From assembly GCA_965661505.1 (NCBI GenBank), contig CBFIDX010000003.1, positions 6,243-70,242 on the forward strand: a DNA stretch of 64,000 nucleotides. Reading direction: 5' to 3'. The notes beneath the pieces are model-generated. The model searched no databases. It saw nothing but the letters and a program-made list of their open reading frames with translations, and was not told the origin of the DNA. Below, in pieces: positions 20,437 to 30,444 of this stretch (position 1 is its first letter; every line of letters starts with the position of its first letter). The stretch is from Flavobacteriales bacterium (GTDB lineage: Bacteria; Bacteroidota; Bacteroidia; Flavobacteriales; UBA7312). A program made the translations under genes and the position numbers.

Positions 20437-23400
20437 ATGAAAAAATATACGCTTATTATAATTCTTTGTTTTTTAGTTAATGGTGTTTTTGGTCAGGCTA
20501 CAAAACGATTAACTCAATTTAGCACAGAAACAGACTCTTACATTGAAGAATTAAATGAATTTATGTTAGTATCACCATCAGAAGATGTGAAAAAGCTAAT
20601 GAAGCAGTTTTCTAAAATTTGGAAAGAAGAGGTCTTTAGCACTGAAAAAAGACAAGCTATTTATGACCTATCAAACACTATGTTAAAAAAACGAAAGCGA
20701 TCAACGCATTTTGAAAAAATGATTGCCGCTGTACTAGCCTTTTCCAGTAAAGACAACTTTACTTCTGAATTTAACAATTGGTCAACTGTGGTGTTAGAAA
20801 TGTTAAAGAATTCCTCCACTTCACGGCAAATGAAGTTTTTAACTTTTTCAAAAGATTTATTCGAGTATGATATGTTAATGAGAAATAGATCTGTTAAATG
20901 GATGGCCTCCTCATCAAATTATACTTTTAGCATAGACAGCATTCCAAGAGTACATTTTAATCAACCTTTCAATTTACTATGTTTAGCTAGAGGTGATACG
21001 CTTCGAATTAAACATACAGAAGGTGTTTACCTGCCAATAAACGGACAATGGAAAGGAAAGAGTGGTGTAGTTGATTGGCAAAAAGCAGGGTTTTCTAAAG
21101 GTGAAGTATATGCTGAGTTGAGTAAGTATAAGATCAAAATGAGAACACCTGGGTTTTCTGCTGACTCTGTTCGATTTTATAATGATGAAATGTTTGAAGA
21201 TAGGTCCATTCTTGGAACCTTAGAAGATAAGCTTATTGATCAGCGAGAAGACAAAGTTACTTATCCGAAATTTGAATCATACAATAAGAAATTAGTATTG
21301 TCTCAACTTATTGAAAATGCTGATTTTGTTGGCGGCTATTCTTTGTATGGCAATCGATTCGTTGCTAGTGGAGGAAAAGGAAGTGCAGCAAAACTTGTTT
21401 TTTACAGGAATGATCAAAAGTTTATTGAAGCAGCATCTGATAGAATTGCAATAACAAATAACAGAGTTATGGCCTCTGATGCAGCGATAAAAATTCTTTT
21501 TCTAAACGACTCAATTATGCATCCAGGATTGGATTTACGTTTTGATCAAGAAGAATCAAGGTTGGATTTAATAAAAGATGGAGACGGACTTTCTGCCGCA
21601 CCTTACTTAAACACCTTCCATGACTTAGAAATGAATTTTCAAGTTTTAAAATGGAAAACAGGAGAGGATGTCATTACTTTTGGAACACTACCTGCTAAAA
21701 CAACCACCCCTGCTACTTTTGAATCAGCTAACTTTTATACCGATCAACGTTTCGACTTCTTGATGGGTATAGACTCCAAACATCCATTGGTTAGGATTCG
21801 TGATTTTATGCGTAACGAAGGATTCGAAGATGATTTTTTAATTGACGATTTTGTAAGATCTTCAAAGTTACCCAGCGATCAAGCAAAACGATTTTTGATG
21901 TGGATGTCTGCTCAAGGGTTTTTAATATATAATGCAACTACTGGTGAAGTAAAAGTAAAAGATCGTGTTTATAGGTATTTGGATGCAAAAGCTAAAAAAA
22001 CAGATTATGATGTGATAAGTTTTATCTCCCAACAACCCAAAGAAAATAAAAATGCCATTCTTGACTTAAATAGTATGGATTTAATAATTTTCGGAGTAGA
22101 AAATGTTTTTGTTAGCAATGTAAGAGATGTGATTGCAGTCCCTAGAAACAAGCAAATTGTGGTAAAAGAAAATAGAGACTTTTCGATGAGTGGAAGGCTA
22201 ATCGCAGGTAATGGTGGAAGGTTTCGGATAAACTGTGAATCCATTAATTTTGATTACGATGAGTTTAAGATGGAATTTACGGATGCTTCAACAGAAATTT
22301 GGATTCCAAATAATAAAGAAAAATACGATGAAAAAGGACACCTTATCTTAGAAAGGCTAGAGAGCGAAATTACAATTGCCAACGGAGAGCTAGTCGTTGA
22401 TACGAACATTAATAAATCAGGAATATGGAAAGAAGATTATCCAGAATTCCCAATTATTCGATCTTACGATAAATCCAAGGTTTATTATGATGACGAAGAA
22501 ATATTTAGTGGTGTTTATAACCGTGAAAACTTTTTCTTTGAAGTAGATCCTTTTGAAATAGACTCATTAGACACTTACACAAGGGAGTCTTTAAGTTTCC
22601 CAGGAGATTTTTATTCAGCGGATATATTACCTAGTTTCCGTCAAGAATTACGCGTTCAAAAGGATAATGCTTTGGGTTTTGTTATGAAGGCTCCTTCAGA
22701 AGGATTCTTTTTATATATCGACAAAGGATTTTTTCATGCCGAAAATCGTATTTCACTTGATAAATCTGGCTTGAGGGGTGCAGGACAGTTTGATTATTTG
22801 ACCTCTGTAACGATAGCTGATGATTACCTCTTTTTCCCAGATTCGATGAATACCTATGCCCAGTCATTTAATTTGGAAAGAACTGTTAATGAAGCTGAAT
22901 ACCCTGATGTAAGTGGAGAATCTATTTATGAACATTGGGAGCCTTACAATGATGTATTGCTAGTGCGTAAGGAAGTTGAAGATTTAGTAATGTACAACGC
23001 TCAAGTTTTATTGGATGGACAAGTTTTTCTTCGGCCTGATGGTTTAACAGGAGGAGGAAACGTTAAACTAGATGATTCGGAGTTAAATGCTAACCTTTAC
23101 GCTTTTAATTTAAATAGTTTTAACTCAGACACAGCCGATTTTCGTCTTAACCGAACGGATCTTGATGCCATCGCTTTTGAATCTATAAATCTACAAACGG
23201 AAATAGACTTAGTTAATAGAACAGGTGTTTTTCAATCAAATGGTACAGGCTCTTTTGTAACTTTTCCTGAAAACCAATACATCTGTTATATTGATCAGTT
23301 AAAATGGTTTATGGATAAAAGTCAGGTAGAATTAGGGGCATCTGAGTTCGGCTCAGGTTCTAAATTTGTTTCCATACACCCCGATCAAGATTCACTTCGA

Positions 23401-24843
23401 TTTGTTTCAAGTTCAGCTTCTTATAGCTTAACGGATTACATTATTCAAGCAGGGGGAGTAAAAGAAATTATTGTTGCTGATGCAGAAATTTATCCGGATC
23501 AAGGAGAAGTGACGGTGGAAACAGGTGCATCTATGAGAACATTAGAAAACGCTACAATTTTAGTAAATAGATCAGATCGCATACATCAACTGTTTGATGC
23601 ATCAATTAATATTTATAGCAGAAATAGTTATAGTGGAGAAGCGAGTATGGTATATCAAGGAAGAGGGGTGGATGAACAAACCATTCGTTTCACAAAATTA
23701 CTCGTATTAGAGGATCAAACGATAGGAGAAGGAATTATTCCAGAGGAAAATAAGTTTGCCTTTAACCCTCAGTTTGGTTTTAAAGGAAATGTTCGTTTGG
23801 AGGGAAGTCAAAAAGAGTTGTTCTATGATGGAGCATATCAGGTAAAACATGAGTGTACCCTTATCCCTACAACGTGGGTAAAGTTCAACGCTTACGTAGG
23901 TACTGAAAAAATGGATTTGCCAGTAGATGGAGTTCAGGATTTAAATGGGAAATCACTACACATAGGTCCTGTTATGGGGCAAGATGCTATTTACCCCACT
24001 TTTCTTTCTCCTTTAACTGAAGAAAACGATGCCTTAATGATCACATTAAAAGGAAAGCTTTCATACAATGCTTCAAAAGATCAGTTTGTAGTTAAAGATG
24101 AAAATGATAGTACAGGGAATGTGTTTACTATGGACAATGCCAGCTGTGAAATGAATGCTTCAGGTCATTTTAATTTAGGTGAAAAACTAGGACGAGTAGA
24201 AACAGCCAACACAGGAAACTTTACCTATAATCCTATGAGCAATACTTTTACTGCCAATACAATGCTTTTCGCTGATTTTTACATGAGTGAAAAAGCGATA
24301 GACCAAATGGGTCAAGAGTTTGTTAATGATCCAATGGCCGACGAGTTAGAGATGGATGAAAGATTTTACATAACTGCTTTCGATAGAATTTTAAAGGGAC
24401 AAGACTTGACTTTTGAATATGAAATGTATGGAGAGTTTGAACGACTGCCAAAAGAGTTGAAAAAGAGTTTATATTTCTACGATCTCAAGCTGGAGTGGAA
24501 TGAAGAAACCCAAAGCTTTTTATCAAAAGATTGGATTGGTTTAGGAAATATTAAACACCATCAAATTAACAAGCTTTATAAAGGGCATGTTGAAATTGTA
24601 AAAGATCAATCAGGAGACGAATTAAATGTATATCTAGAAACCGATATAGGAGATTGGTATTTCTTCACCTATACTAATGAGTTGATGTTGACTAGATCTT
24701 CTTTAGACGATTATAATTTGATGATTTTAGAAGTGAAAACCGGACAGAAAAAAGCGCCTTCTAAAAAAGGTCAAGCAGAGTATCAGTACGATTTAGCTTC
24801 AGAAGATGCTGTTGATAACTTCAAAAAACGCTTCTTTAGGTAA
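20437..24843 (+). CDS. very large (1468 aa) secreted hypothetical protein, no domain recognised
   Basis: Uninterrupted ORF with a cleavable-looking signal peptide (LCFLVNGVFGQA). No T9SS tail, no lipobox and no catalytic motif that I can name. Confidence 0.6.
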   Translation: MKKYTLIIILCFLVNGVFGQATKRLTQFSTETDSYIEELNEFMLVSPSEDVKKLMKQFSKIWKEEVFSTEKRQAIYDLSNTMLKKRKRSTHFEKMIAAVLAFSSKDNFTSEFNNWSTVVLEMLKNSSTSRQMKFLTFSKDLFEYDMLMRNRSVKWMASSSNYTFSIDSIPRVHFNQPFNLLCLARGDTLRIKHTEGVYLPINGQWKGKSGVVDWQKAGFSKGEVYAELSKYKIKMRTPGFSADSVRFYNDEMFEDRSILGTLEDKLIDQREDKVTYPKFESYNKKLVLSQLIENADFVGGYSLYGNRFVASGGKGSAAKLVFYRNDQKFIEAASDRIAITNNRVMASDAAIKILFLNDSIMHPGLDLRFDQEESRLDLIKDGDGLSAAPYLNTFHDLEMNFQVLKWKTGEDVITFGTLPAKTTTPATFESANFYTDQRFDFLMGIDSKHPLVRIRDFMRNEGFEDDFLIDDFVRSSKLPSDQAKRFLMWMSAQGFLIYNATTGEVKVKDRVYRYLDAKAKKTDYDVISFISQQPKENKNAILDLNSMDLIIFGVENVFVSNVRDVIAVPRNKQIVVKENRDFSMSGRLIAGNGGRFRINCESINFDYDEFKMEFTDASTEIWIPNNKEKYDEKGHLILERLESEITIANGELVVDTNINKSGIWKEDYPEFPIIRSYDKSKVYYDDEEIFSGVYNRENFFFEVDPFEIDSLDTYTRESLSFPGDFYSADILPSFRQELRVQKDNALGFVMKAPSEGFFLYIDKGFFHAENRISLDKSGLRGAGQFDYLTSVTIADDYLFFPDSMNTYAQSFNLERTVNEAEYPDVSGESIYEHWEPYNDVLLVRKEVEDLVMYNAQVLLDGQVFLRPDGLTGGGNVKLDDSELNANLYAFNLNSFNSDTADFRLNRTDLDAIAFESINLQTEIDLVNRTGVFQSNGTGSFVTFPENQYICYIDQLKWFMDKSQVELGASEFGSGSKFVSIHPDQDSLRFVSSSASYSLTDYIIQAGGVKEIIVADAEIYPDQGEVTVETGASMRTLENATILVNRSDRIHQLFDASINIYSRNSYSGEASMVYQGRGVDEQTIRFTKLLVLEDQTIGEGIIPEENKFAFNPQFGFKGNVRLEGSQKELFYDGAYQVKHECTLIPTTWVKFNAYVGTEKMDLPVDGVQDLNGKSLHIGPVMGQDAIYPTFLSPLTEENDALMITLKGKLSYNASKDQFVVKDENDSTGNVFTMDNASCEMNASGHFNLGEKLGRVETANTGNFTYNPMSNTFTANTMLFADFYMSEKAIDQMGQEFVNDPMADELEMDERFYITAFDRILKGQDLTFEYEMYGEFERLPKELKKSLYFYDLKLEWNEETQSFLSKDWIGLGNIKHHQINKLYKGHVEIVKDQSGDELNVYLETDIGDWYFFTYTNELMLTRSSLDDYNLMILEVKTGQKKAPSKKGQAEYQYDLASEDAVDNFKKRFFR

Positions 24844-24870
24844 AACCTAATCTTTGTATTTTCGAGCCCT

Positions 24871-25512
24871 TTGATTACGACTCTTAACATAACGCTTCTT
24901 TTGTTTGCCTATTTAATAGGCTCTTTACCCTTTAGCATATTAGCAGGCAAACTTTTAAAAGGAATTGATATTCGTGAGTATGGTAGCGGAAATGCTGGTG
25001 CAACTAATACATTTCGAGTATTGGGTAAAAAAGCAGGCATCCCTGTTCTAGTTCTCGATATATTAAAAGGATACGCTGCTGTTAGCCTAGCCTCTTTTTG
25101 TGGATATGAACCTCATACTGAAATGTACATTAATTTTTCATTAGCGTATGGCATAGCAGCTGTTTTAGGGCATGTTTTCCCTATTTATGTTGGCTTTAGA
25201 GGTGGTAAAGGTGTTGCAACATTATTAGGAATGATGATTGCTGTTTTTCCATTTGCTGCTTTGCTTTCAATAGGGATATTTATCATTACTTTGTTTTTTT
25301 CAAGATACGTATCGCTTAGTTCCATTTTAGCTGGTGTTTTTTTTCCAATTGGTGTTTACTTTTTGTCAAAAGTATTGGTTCCTACAATGGTCATATTTTC
25401 AATTTTTGTTCCAATTTTGCTAATAGCTACTCATCAACGAAACATTGAACGAATTTTTAGAGGTGAGGAAAGTAAAGTGAAACTGAAACGACCTAAAAAT
25501 CAAACAGATTAA
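24871..25512 (+). CDS. plsY: glycerol-3-phosphate acyltransferase PlsY
   Basis: YLIGSLPFS, GSGNAGATN and FRGGKGVAT motifs. TTG start. Confidence 0.93.
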   Translation: MITTLNITLLLFAYLIGSLPFSILAGKLLKGIDIREYGSGNAGATNTFRVLGKKAGIPVLVLDILKGYAAVSLASFCGYEPHTEMYINFSLAYGIAAVLGHVFPIYVGFRGGKGVATLLGMMIAVFPFAALLSIGIFIITLFFSRYVSLSSILAGVFFPIGVYFLSKVLVPTMVIFSIFVPILLIATHQRNIERIFRGEESKVKLKRPKNQTD

Positions 25513-25568
25513 ATTTTTATTTTTTCTTGTTTTGTAAGACAAACCTTTTGTAAATTCGCAATCCATTC

Positions 25569-25642
25569 GGCCTCGTAGTTCAACTGAATAGAATACCTGA
25601 TTACGGCTCAGGCGGTTGCAGGTTTGAATCCTGCCGAGGTCA
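25569..25642 (+). tRNA. tRNA-Arg (ACG anticodon); no encoded CCA
   Basis: Hand-folded: acceptor GGCCTCG/CGAGGTC, anticodon stem CCTGA/TCAGG with loop TTACGGC (ACG), T arm GCAGG-TTTGAAT-CCTGC, discriminator A. Confidence 0.9.
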
Positions 25643-25647
25643 CTCTA

Positions 25648-25686
25648 GCGGAGAATTGGTTTAAATTAACTGGTTCTCCGCTTTTT
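25648..25686 (+). terminator. intrinsic terminator after tRNA-Arg
   Basis: Stem GCGGAGAA / TTCTCCGC enclosing an extended AT-rich hairpin, followed by TTTTT. Confidence 0.75.
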
Positions 25687-25709
25687 ATTTTTGATAAATC
25701 CTTTAAAAA

Positions 25710-25736
25710 GTTTGAACTTTTACCCTCCGAGGTCAC
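25710..25736 (+). repeat. degenerate direct copy of the tRNA-Arg 3' end (T-loop to discriminator)
   Basis: GTTTGAA...CCGAGGTCAC at 25710..25736 versus GTTTGAATCCTGCCGAGGTCAC at 25622..25643. The last 10 nt, CCGAGGTCAC, are identical. Confidence 0.5.
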
Positions 25737-25770
25737 AAAATGCTCAATGTAAAAATTGAGCATTTTTTTT
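25737..25770 (+). terminator. second intrinsic terminator, directly after the partial tRNA copy
   Basis: A-run, stem ATGCTCAAT / ATTGAGCAT with a GTAAAA loop, then a T7 run. Confidence 0.7.
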
Positions 25771-25929
25771 CATTACTAATAAAATTTCATTAGATATCAT
25801 AAATCATGATTACTAATTATGCACTGTTGATAGTTGGTTTTACTCAAAAGAATGTAATTAACATAAGTTAGTAATGCTTAATAGCCAGCTTATTTTTTTC
25901 CTTCCGCTTTTTCTTTCTAATTTTGTGGC

Positions 25930-26616
25930 ATGGTTTCTAGATTTATTTTTCTCTGTATTCTACCACTATCAATTTTGGCACAAAACACTTTAGACGAAAA
26001 AGGTTTAAAACAGGGTGAATGGACCAAGAAGCATTCCAATGGAAAACTTCGATATGTTGGAATGTTTAAAAATGACATTCCGATAGGTATATTTAAACAT
26101 TATGATGATAAGGGAAATCTTACTATCAATCTAGAATATTTTAACAATGGCAAATCGGCGGCAGCTCGATTGTTTCATCCAAATGGTACAATAAGCGCCA
26201 TTGGTTTGTACTCACTTGAAAAAAAAGACAGCCTTTGGAAGTATTTTAACGAAGATGAAATCTTAGTTTTGGAAGAAACATACCACTCTGGTAAGTTAAG
26301 TGGACCTTCACGTTCCTACTTTACAAATGGAAAAGTGTTGGAAGTTACAAGTTTTAAGGATGATCAAAAAATTGGAGAGTCGAAACAATTTTATGAAAAT
26401 GGAAGGATACTAGTGAAATGCTATTATAAAAACGATCAGTTAAATGGTCAGTATATTCGTTACTATCCAGATGGACGACGTGAGTTTTTTGGTCGATATA
26501 AAAACGATTTAAAAGAGGGTGTTTGGACATACTATTTACCCGATGGAGAAATAGATTATGAACTTGAATACCTAAATGGAAAACTATTAACAGAGCTAAA
26601 ATTTGAAGATGAGTAA
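25930..26616 (+). CDS. MORN-variant repeat protein (YwqK-like), secreted
   Basis: Signal peptide, then repeated G.W..Y..NG.L / Y.NG.L.G motifs. Confidence 0.7.
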   Translation: MVSRFIFLCILPLSILAQNTLDEKGLKQGEWTKKHSNGKLRYVGMFKNDIPIGIFKHYDDKGNLTINLEYFNNGKSAAARLFHPNGTISAIGLYSLEKKDSLWKYFNEDEILVLEETYHSGKLSGPSRSYFTNGKVLEVTSFKDDQKIGESKQFYENGRILVKCYYKNDQLNGQYIRYYPDGRREFFGRYKNDLKEGVWTYYLPDGEIDYELEYLNGKLLTELKFEDE

Positions 26617-27700
26617 GAAAGGGAAAGTACTAGTTGCAATGAGTGGAGGAATTGATAGTACTGTTACAGCTTTGATGTTACACGAACAAGGGTATGACGT
26701 AGTTGGCATAACTATGAAAACATGGGACTATGAAATTTCTGGAGGGAGTAAAAAAGAAACTGGTTGTTGTAGTTTAGACTCCATTAATGATGCAAGAGAA
26801 TTGGCAGTCGATTGTGGCTTTCCACACATTATCTTAGATATAAGAGAAGAATTTGGTGATTACATCATAGATAACTTTGTAGACGAATACATTGCTGGCA
26901 GAACCCCCAACCCATGTGTTTTATGTAATACACATATTAAATGGGAAGCACTGCTTAAAAGAGCGGATCAGTTGGGGTGTGAGTTTATTGCAACTGGGCA
27001 TTACGCTCAAGTTAGAGAAGAAAACGGAAGGTACGTTGTTTCTAGAGGTGTAGACACATGGAAAGACCAATCCTATGTGTTATGGGGTTTGTCACAAGAG
27101 TGTTTAAAAAGAACGATTTTTCCCATGGGTCAGTTTCACAAAGATGACATTAAGCAAATGGCTATTGATAGAGGTTACGAGGAGTTAGCTAAGAAGCCAG
27201 AAAGCTATGAGATTTGTTTTATTCCCGACAACGACTATAGAGGTTTCTTAAAGCGAAGAGTAGAAGGATTGGAAGAAGAGGTGAAAGGAGGAAATTTTAT
27301 TAATATGAAAGGGGATGTTATAGGAACACACGATGGTTACCCTTTTTATACCATTGGTCAACGTAAACTAGGCATTTCATTTGGAGCGGATGCCTCCTAT
27401 GTTGTTGAAATAAAGCCAGATACTAACGAGGTAGTTGTTGGAGCTAAGGAGGACTTGAAAAAACTTGAAATGTATGTTAAAGGCATCAACTTTGTGAAAT
27501 ACGATCATATTCCTGATGGAACGGAAGCATTAACAAAAGTTCGTTACAAACACCCAGGAGAAATAGCAACACTAAGCAATGAGGGTGTGGAAGTGAGAGC
27601 ACTTTTTCATGCAAAGGTAGAAGGGATAGCTCCTGGTCAGTCTGCTGTTTTTTACGAAGGAAACGATTTATTAGGAGGAGGTTTTATAGCAAAAAAATGA
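26603..27700 (+). CDS. mnmA: tRNA 2-thiouridine(34) synthase
   Basis: PP-loop VAMSGGIDS, TPNPCVLCN, ATGHYA and KDQSYVLW. Confidence 0.96.
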   Translation: MKMSKKGKVLVAMSGGIDSTVTALMLHEQGYDVVGITMKTWDYEISGGSKKETGCCSLDSINDARELAVDCGFPHIILDIREEFGDYIIDNFVDEYIAGRTPNPCVLCNTHIKWEALLKRADQLGCEFIATGHYAQVREENGRYVVSRGVDTWKDQSYVLWGLSQECLKRTIFPMGQFHKDDIKQMAIDRGYEELAKKPESYEICFIPDNDYRGFLKRRVEGLEEEVKGGNFINMKGDVIGTHDGYPFYTIGQRKLGISFGADASYVVEIKPDTNEVVVGAKEDLKKLEMYVKGINFVKYDHIPDGTEALTKVRYKHPGEIATLSNEGVEVRALFHAKVEGIAPGQSAVFYEGNDLLGGGFIAKK

Positions 27701-29283
27701 GGTGGTTATTACTCATATTAGCATTGCCTTTATCGTTGTCAGCACAACATAAACTATGGATAAGTTTTTCGAATAAGGGATCTCAGACGTTGAGCAATAC
27801 TGAAGTATCAATTTCTGAGCGTGCTAAAGAAAGAAGAATTCGCCAAAACATTACTCTTTCTACAAGAGATTTGCCCGTAAATCCAATATATATTCAGGAG
27901 GTAAAAGCACTAGGTTTCGAAGTCATAAATCGTTCTCGATGGTTCAATGGTATTATGGTTTCAGCCAATGATTTAGTGTATATCGATAGCTTACAATCTC
28001 TTCCTTTTGTTTTGGATGTTATTGACTTTGAGGTACAGTCTTTTAGTAGAAATGAAAAAGCTAATAAATTTGAATCTATTGATACCATCAGCTATGGAAA
28101 TGCATTTACTCAGCTAGAGATGTTAGAAGGTCATGCAATGCACCAACTAGGTTTTCAAGGAGCTGATATTCAGATTGCAGTTTTGGATGCAGGGTTTAAA
28201 AATACAGACCAATTGGCTGCTTTTGAATCTCTTTTTGATGATAATCAAATACTTGGGACTTGGGATTTTGTTGATCAAGAAGAAAGTGTTTTTGAGGATC
28301 ATAACCATGGTACAGCAGTTCTTTCAACAATTGGTGCTAATTTAACAGGAGAAATGGTTGGTACAGCACCACAAGCTAAGTTTTGGTTGCTACGAACAGA
28401 AAATGCTTCTTCTGAAAACTTAATAGAAGAATATTATTGGCTATGTGGAGCTGAGTATGCTGATAGTGTAGGAGCAGACATTATCAATTCCTCATTAGGC
28501 TATACTGCATTCGATTTAGCTCATCAAAATCATTCTTACGCTGATTTAGATGGAAGAACAACACCGATAAGTAAAGCTGCTGTAATGGCTGCTAGAACAG
28601 GAATGATTGTATGTAGCTCTGCAGGAAATTATGGAAATAACAATTGGTATTATATTGGTGCTCCTGCCGATGCTGATAGTATCCTAACAGTAGGGGCAGT
28701 TTATTCGGATAAAACACCCACCTCCTTTAGCTCTTTTGGTCCTACATTTGATGGAAGAGTAAAACCAACAGTTACTGCACAAGGTGGTAACACCACTGTT
28801 TACTCATCAAGCGATTATGTAACCATTAGTAATGGAACCTCCTTTTCATCACCTATTATTGCAGGTATGGTAGCTTGTTTGTGGCAAGCTTTTCCAGAAA
28901 AAACAAATATGGAGCTTATAAATGCAATTATGCAAAGTGCTCATCTCAATAACTCTCCTGACAACCAAATGGGGTATGGTATACCTAATTTTACGCTTGC
29001 AAGTGCCTTACTCGCCTCTCAAGAGTCTACCATTCCTTATTTATCGGTTTATCCAAATCCGATTCAGTCTTATTCACAAGTTCATGCGTACATTGCAGAT
29101 CAACAACAAATAAGTTATTCGATATATTCAATGGATGGAAAAAAAATCGTTCATGAAAAAGTAACTAAAGAGAACCTGCCCATTGTTACTTTTGATATGC
29201 CTGCATTATCAGCGGGTATTTATATTTTAGAAGTATTAGTAGGAGATACACTCCTAAAAGAGCGCTTAGTACTTAGCCAATAG
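27697..29283 (+). CDS. S8 (subtilisin) family serine peptidase with T9SS type A C-terminal sorting domain
   Basis: Catalytic triad contexts VLDAGF, HGTAVLS and GTSFSSP. The C-terminus reads YPNP...GIYILEV. Confidence 0.9.
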   Translation: MRWLLLILALPLSLSAQHKLWISFSNKGSQTLSNTEVSISERAKERRIRQNITLSTRDLPVNPIYIQEVKALGFEVINRSRWFNGIMVSANDLVYIDSLQSLPFVLDVIDFEVQSFSRNEKANKFESIDTISYGNAFTQLEMLEGHAMHQLGFQGADIQIAVLDAGFKNTDQLAAFESLFDDNQILGTWDFVDQEESVFEDHNHGTAVLSTIGANLTGEMVGTAPQAKFWLLRTENASSENLIEEYYWLCGAEYADSVGADIINSSLGYTAFDLAHQNHSYADLDGRTTPISKAAVMAARTGMIVCSSAGNYGNNNWYYIGAPADADSILTVGAVYSDKTPTSFSSFGPTFDGRVKPTVTAQGGNTTVYSSSDYVTISNGTSFSSPIIAGMVACLWQAFPEKTNMELINAIMQSAHLNNSPDNQMGYGIPNFTLASALLASQESTIPYLSVYPNPIQSYSQVHAYIADQQQISYSIYSMDGKKIVHEKVTKENLPIVTFDMPALSAGIYILEVLVGDTLLKERLVLSQ

Positions 29284-29836
29284 CTTGGAGAATTTTTTTT
29301 GCTCGCACTACGTATCCCTTACTTCCAAAAGCCATGTTGTCAACTAAAATTTGTTTTAATTCTTTGTGTATCCAATTGTTTTCTTTACCCAAAATGAAAA
29401 GGATTTGCATTGAGTAAGCATGAATGGCCACTTTTTCATCACTTATCATCCAGTCAAAACATGCTTCAATAATCATGTCTTTTTGTTTTTGAGTGATACA
29501 CGACTTAAGTAATGAAGTTTCTTTTTTATTATAATTAATGGCAATAAGTTCGCAAATTTTAGCCATTTCCCTTCTTGTGCTATGGTGGGCAACCATAGAA
29601 ATGTTTTGAGTAAAATAATCAAGGTGAGGAACAATTGGATCTAATGATTTTTTACAGATAAACTCAAGAACACGACCAGCTCTAAAAGATAAATAGTCTT
29701 TCTTTTCGAAGCTTAGTTCTAACAATTCTCTAACATTATGCTTGCCGTTTTCAACGAGTCGGTATAGCCTGTTTCTATGATTGCGAGGATCACATTTTGT
29801 AGCAATAAGTTCATTTATTATTTCTTCTTTGGTCAT
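29273..29836 (-). CDS. hypothetical all-helical (HEAT/ARM-like) protein
   Basis: 187-aa ORF coupled by a 4-nt overlap to the upstream FAH gene, with helical repeat character only. Confidence 0.45.
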   Translation of the reverse strand: MTKEEIINELIATKCDPRNHRNRLYRLVENGKHNVRELLELSFEKKDYLSFRAGRVLEFICKKSLDPIVPHLDYFTQNISMVAHHSTRREMAKICELIAINYNKKETSLLKSCITQKQKDMIIEACFDWMISDEKVAIHAYSMQILFILGKENNWIHKELKQILVDNMAFGSKGYVVRAKKILQAIG

Positions 29837-30444
29837 CGGACCTTTACTTCAAACATTTTTTCTTCTTCAATATATCCTTCTAAAAGATCACCTGGCTCTA
29901 CTTTTCCAACACCAGCAGGAGTGCCAGTATATATTAAATCTCCAATTTTGAGGGTGTAGAATTGAGATATATAAGCTATTATTTGATCAATGGTAAACAT
30001 CATATGTTTCGTGTTTCCACTTTGAACAAGCGTTGTATTTTTTTTTAAAGAAAAATTTAAATCACTAAGGTCTATATTCTGTTTATCAAGATAATTTCTT
30101 GAGATAACAGCTGAGCCATCAAATCCTTTAGCTTTTTCCCAGGGGAGTCCTTTTTCTTTTACCTTTTGTTGAATATCTCTAGCAGTGAAATCAATTCCTA
30201 AACCAATCCGATCATAATATTTATGTGCAAATTTTTCCTGTATGTGTTTTCCTAATCGATTGATTCGCACTACCAATTCCACTTCATAGTGTACATTTTT
30301 CGAAAATTCTGGAATAAAAAAGGGATGACCTTTAGGAGAAATTGCTGTGTCTGGTTTTAGAAAAAAAACGGGTTCTATTGGTTTCTCATTTCCCAGTTCC
30401 TTAATGTGATCAGCGTAATTTCTACCAATGCATATAATTTTCAT
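29833..30444 (-). CDS. fumarylacetoacetate hydrolase (FAH) family protein
   Basis: KIICIGRNY, YEVELVV and GDLIYTGTPAGVG motifs typical of small FAH-fold hydrolases/isomerases. Confidence 0.88.
   Translation of the reverse strand: MKIICIGRNYADHIKELGNEKPIEPVFFLKPDTAISPKGHPFFIPEFSKNVHYEVELVVRINRLGKHIQEKFAHKYYDRIGLGIDFTARDIQQKVKEKGLPWEKAKGFDGSAVISRNYLDKQNIDLSDLNFSLKKNTTLVQSGNTKHMMFTIDQIIAYISQFYTLKIGDLIYTGTPAGVGKVEPGDLLEGYIEEEKMFEVKVR

Noticed and set aside
25806-25871. 21-codon ORF (MITNYALLIVGFTQKNVINIS) in the AT-rich spacer downstream of tRNA-Arg
   Set aside because: It is too short to support from sequence alone. It has no -7 box at a suitable distance, and it overlaps the ATTACTAA repeats, which explain the sequence equally well.
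25930-26616. MORN/YwqK-like protein as a possible toxin-antitoxin component next to the tRNA scar
   Set aside because: No toxin-like partner gene is adjacent. The protein has a signal peptide and overlaps mnmA, so it looks like an ordinary secreted repeat protein.
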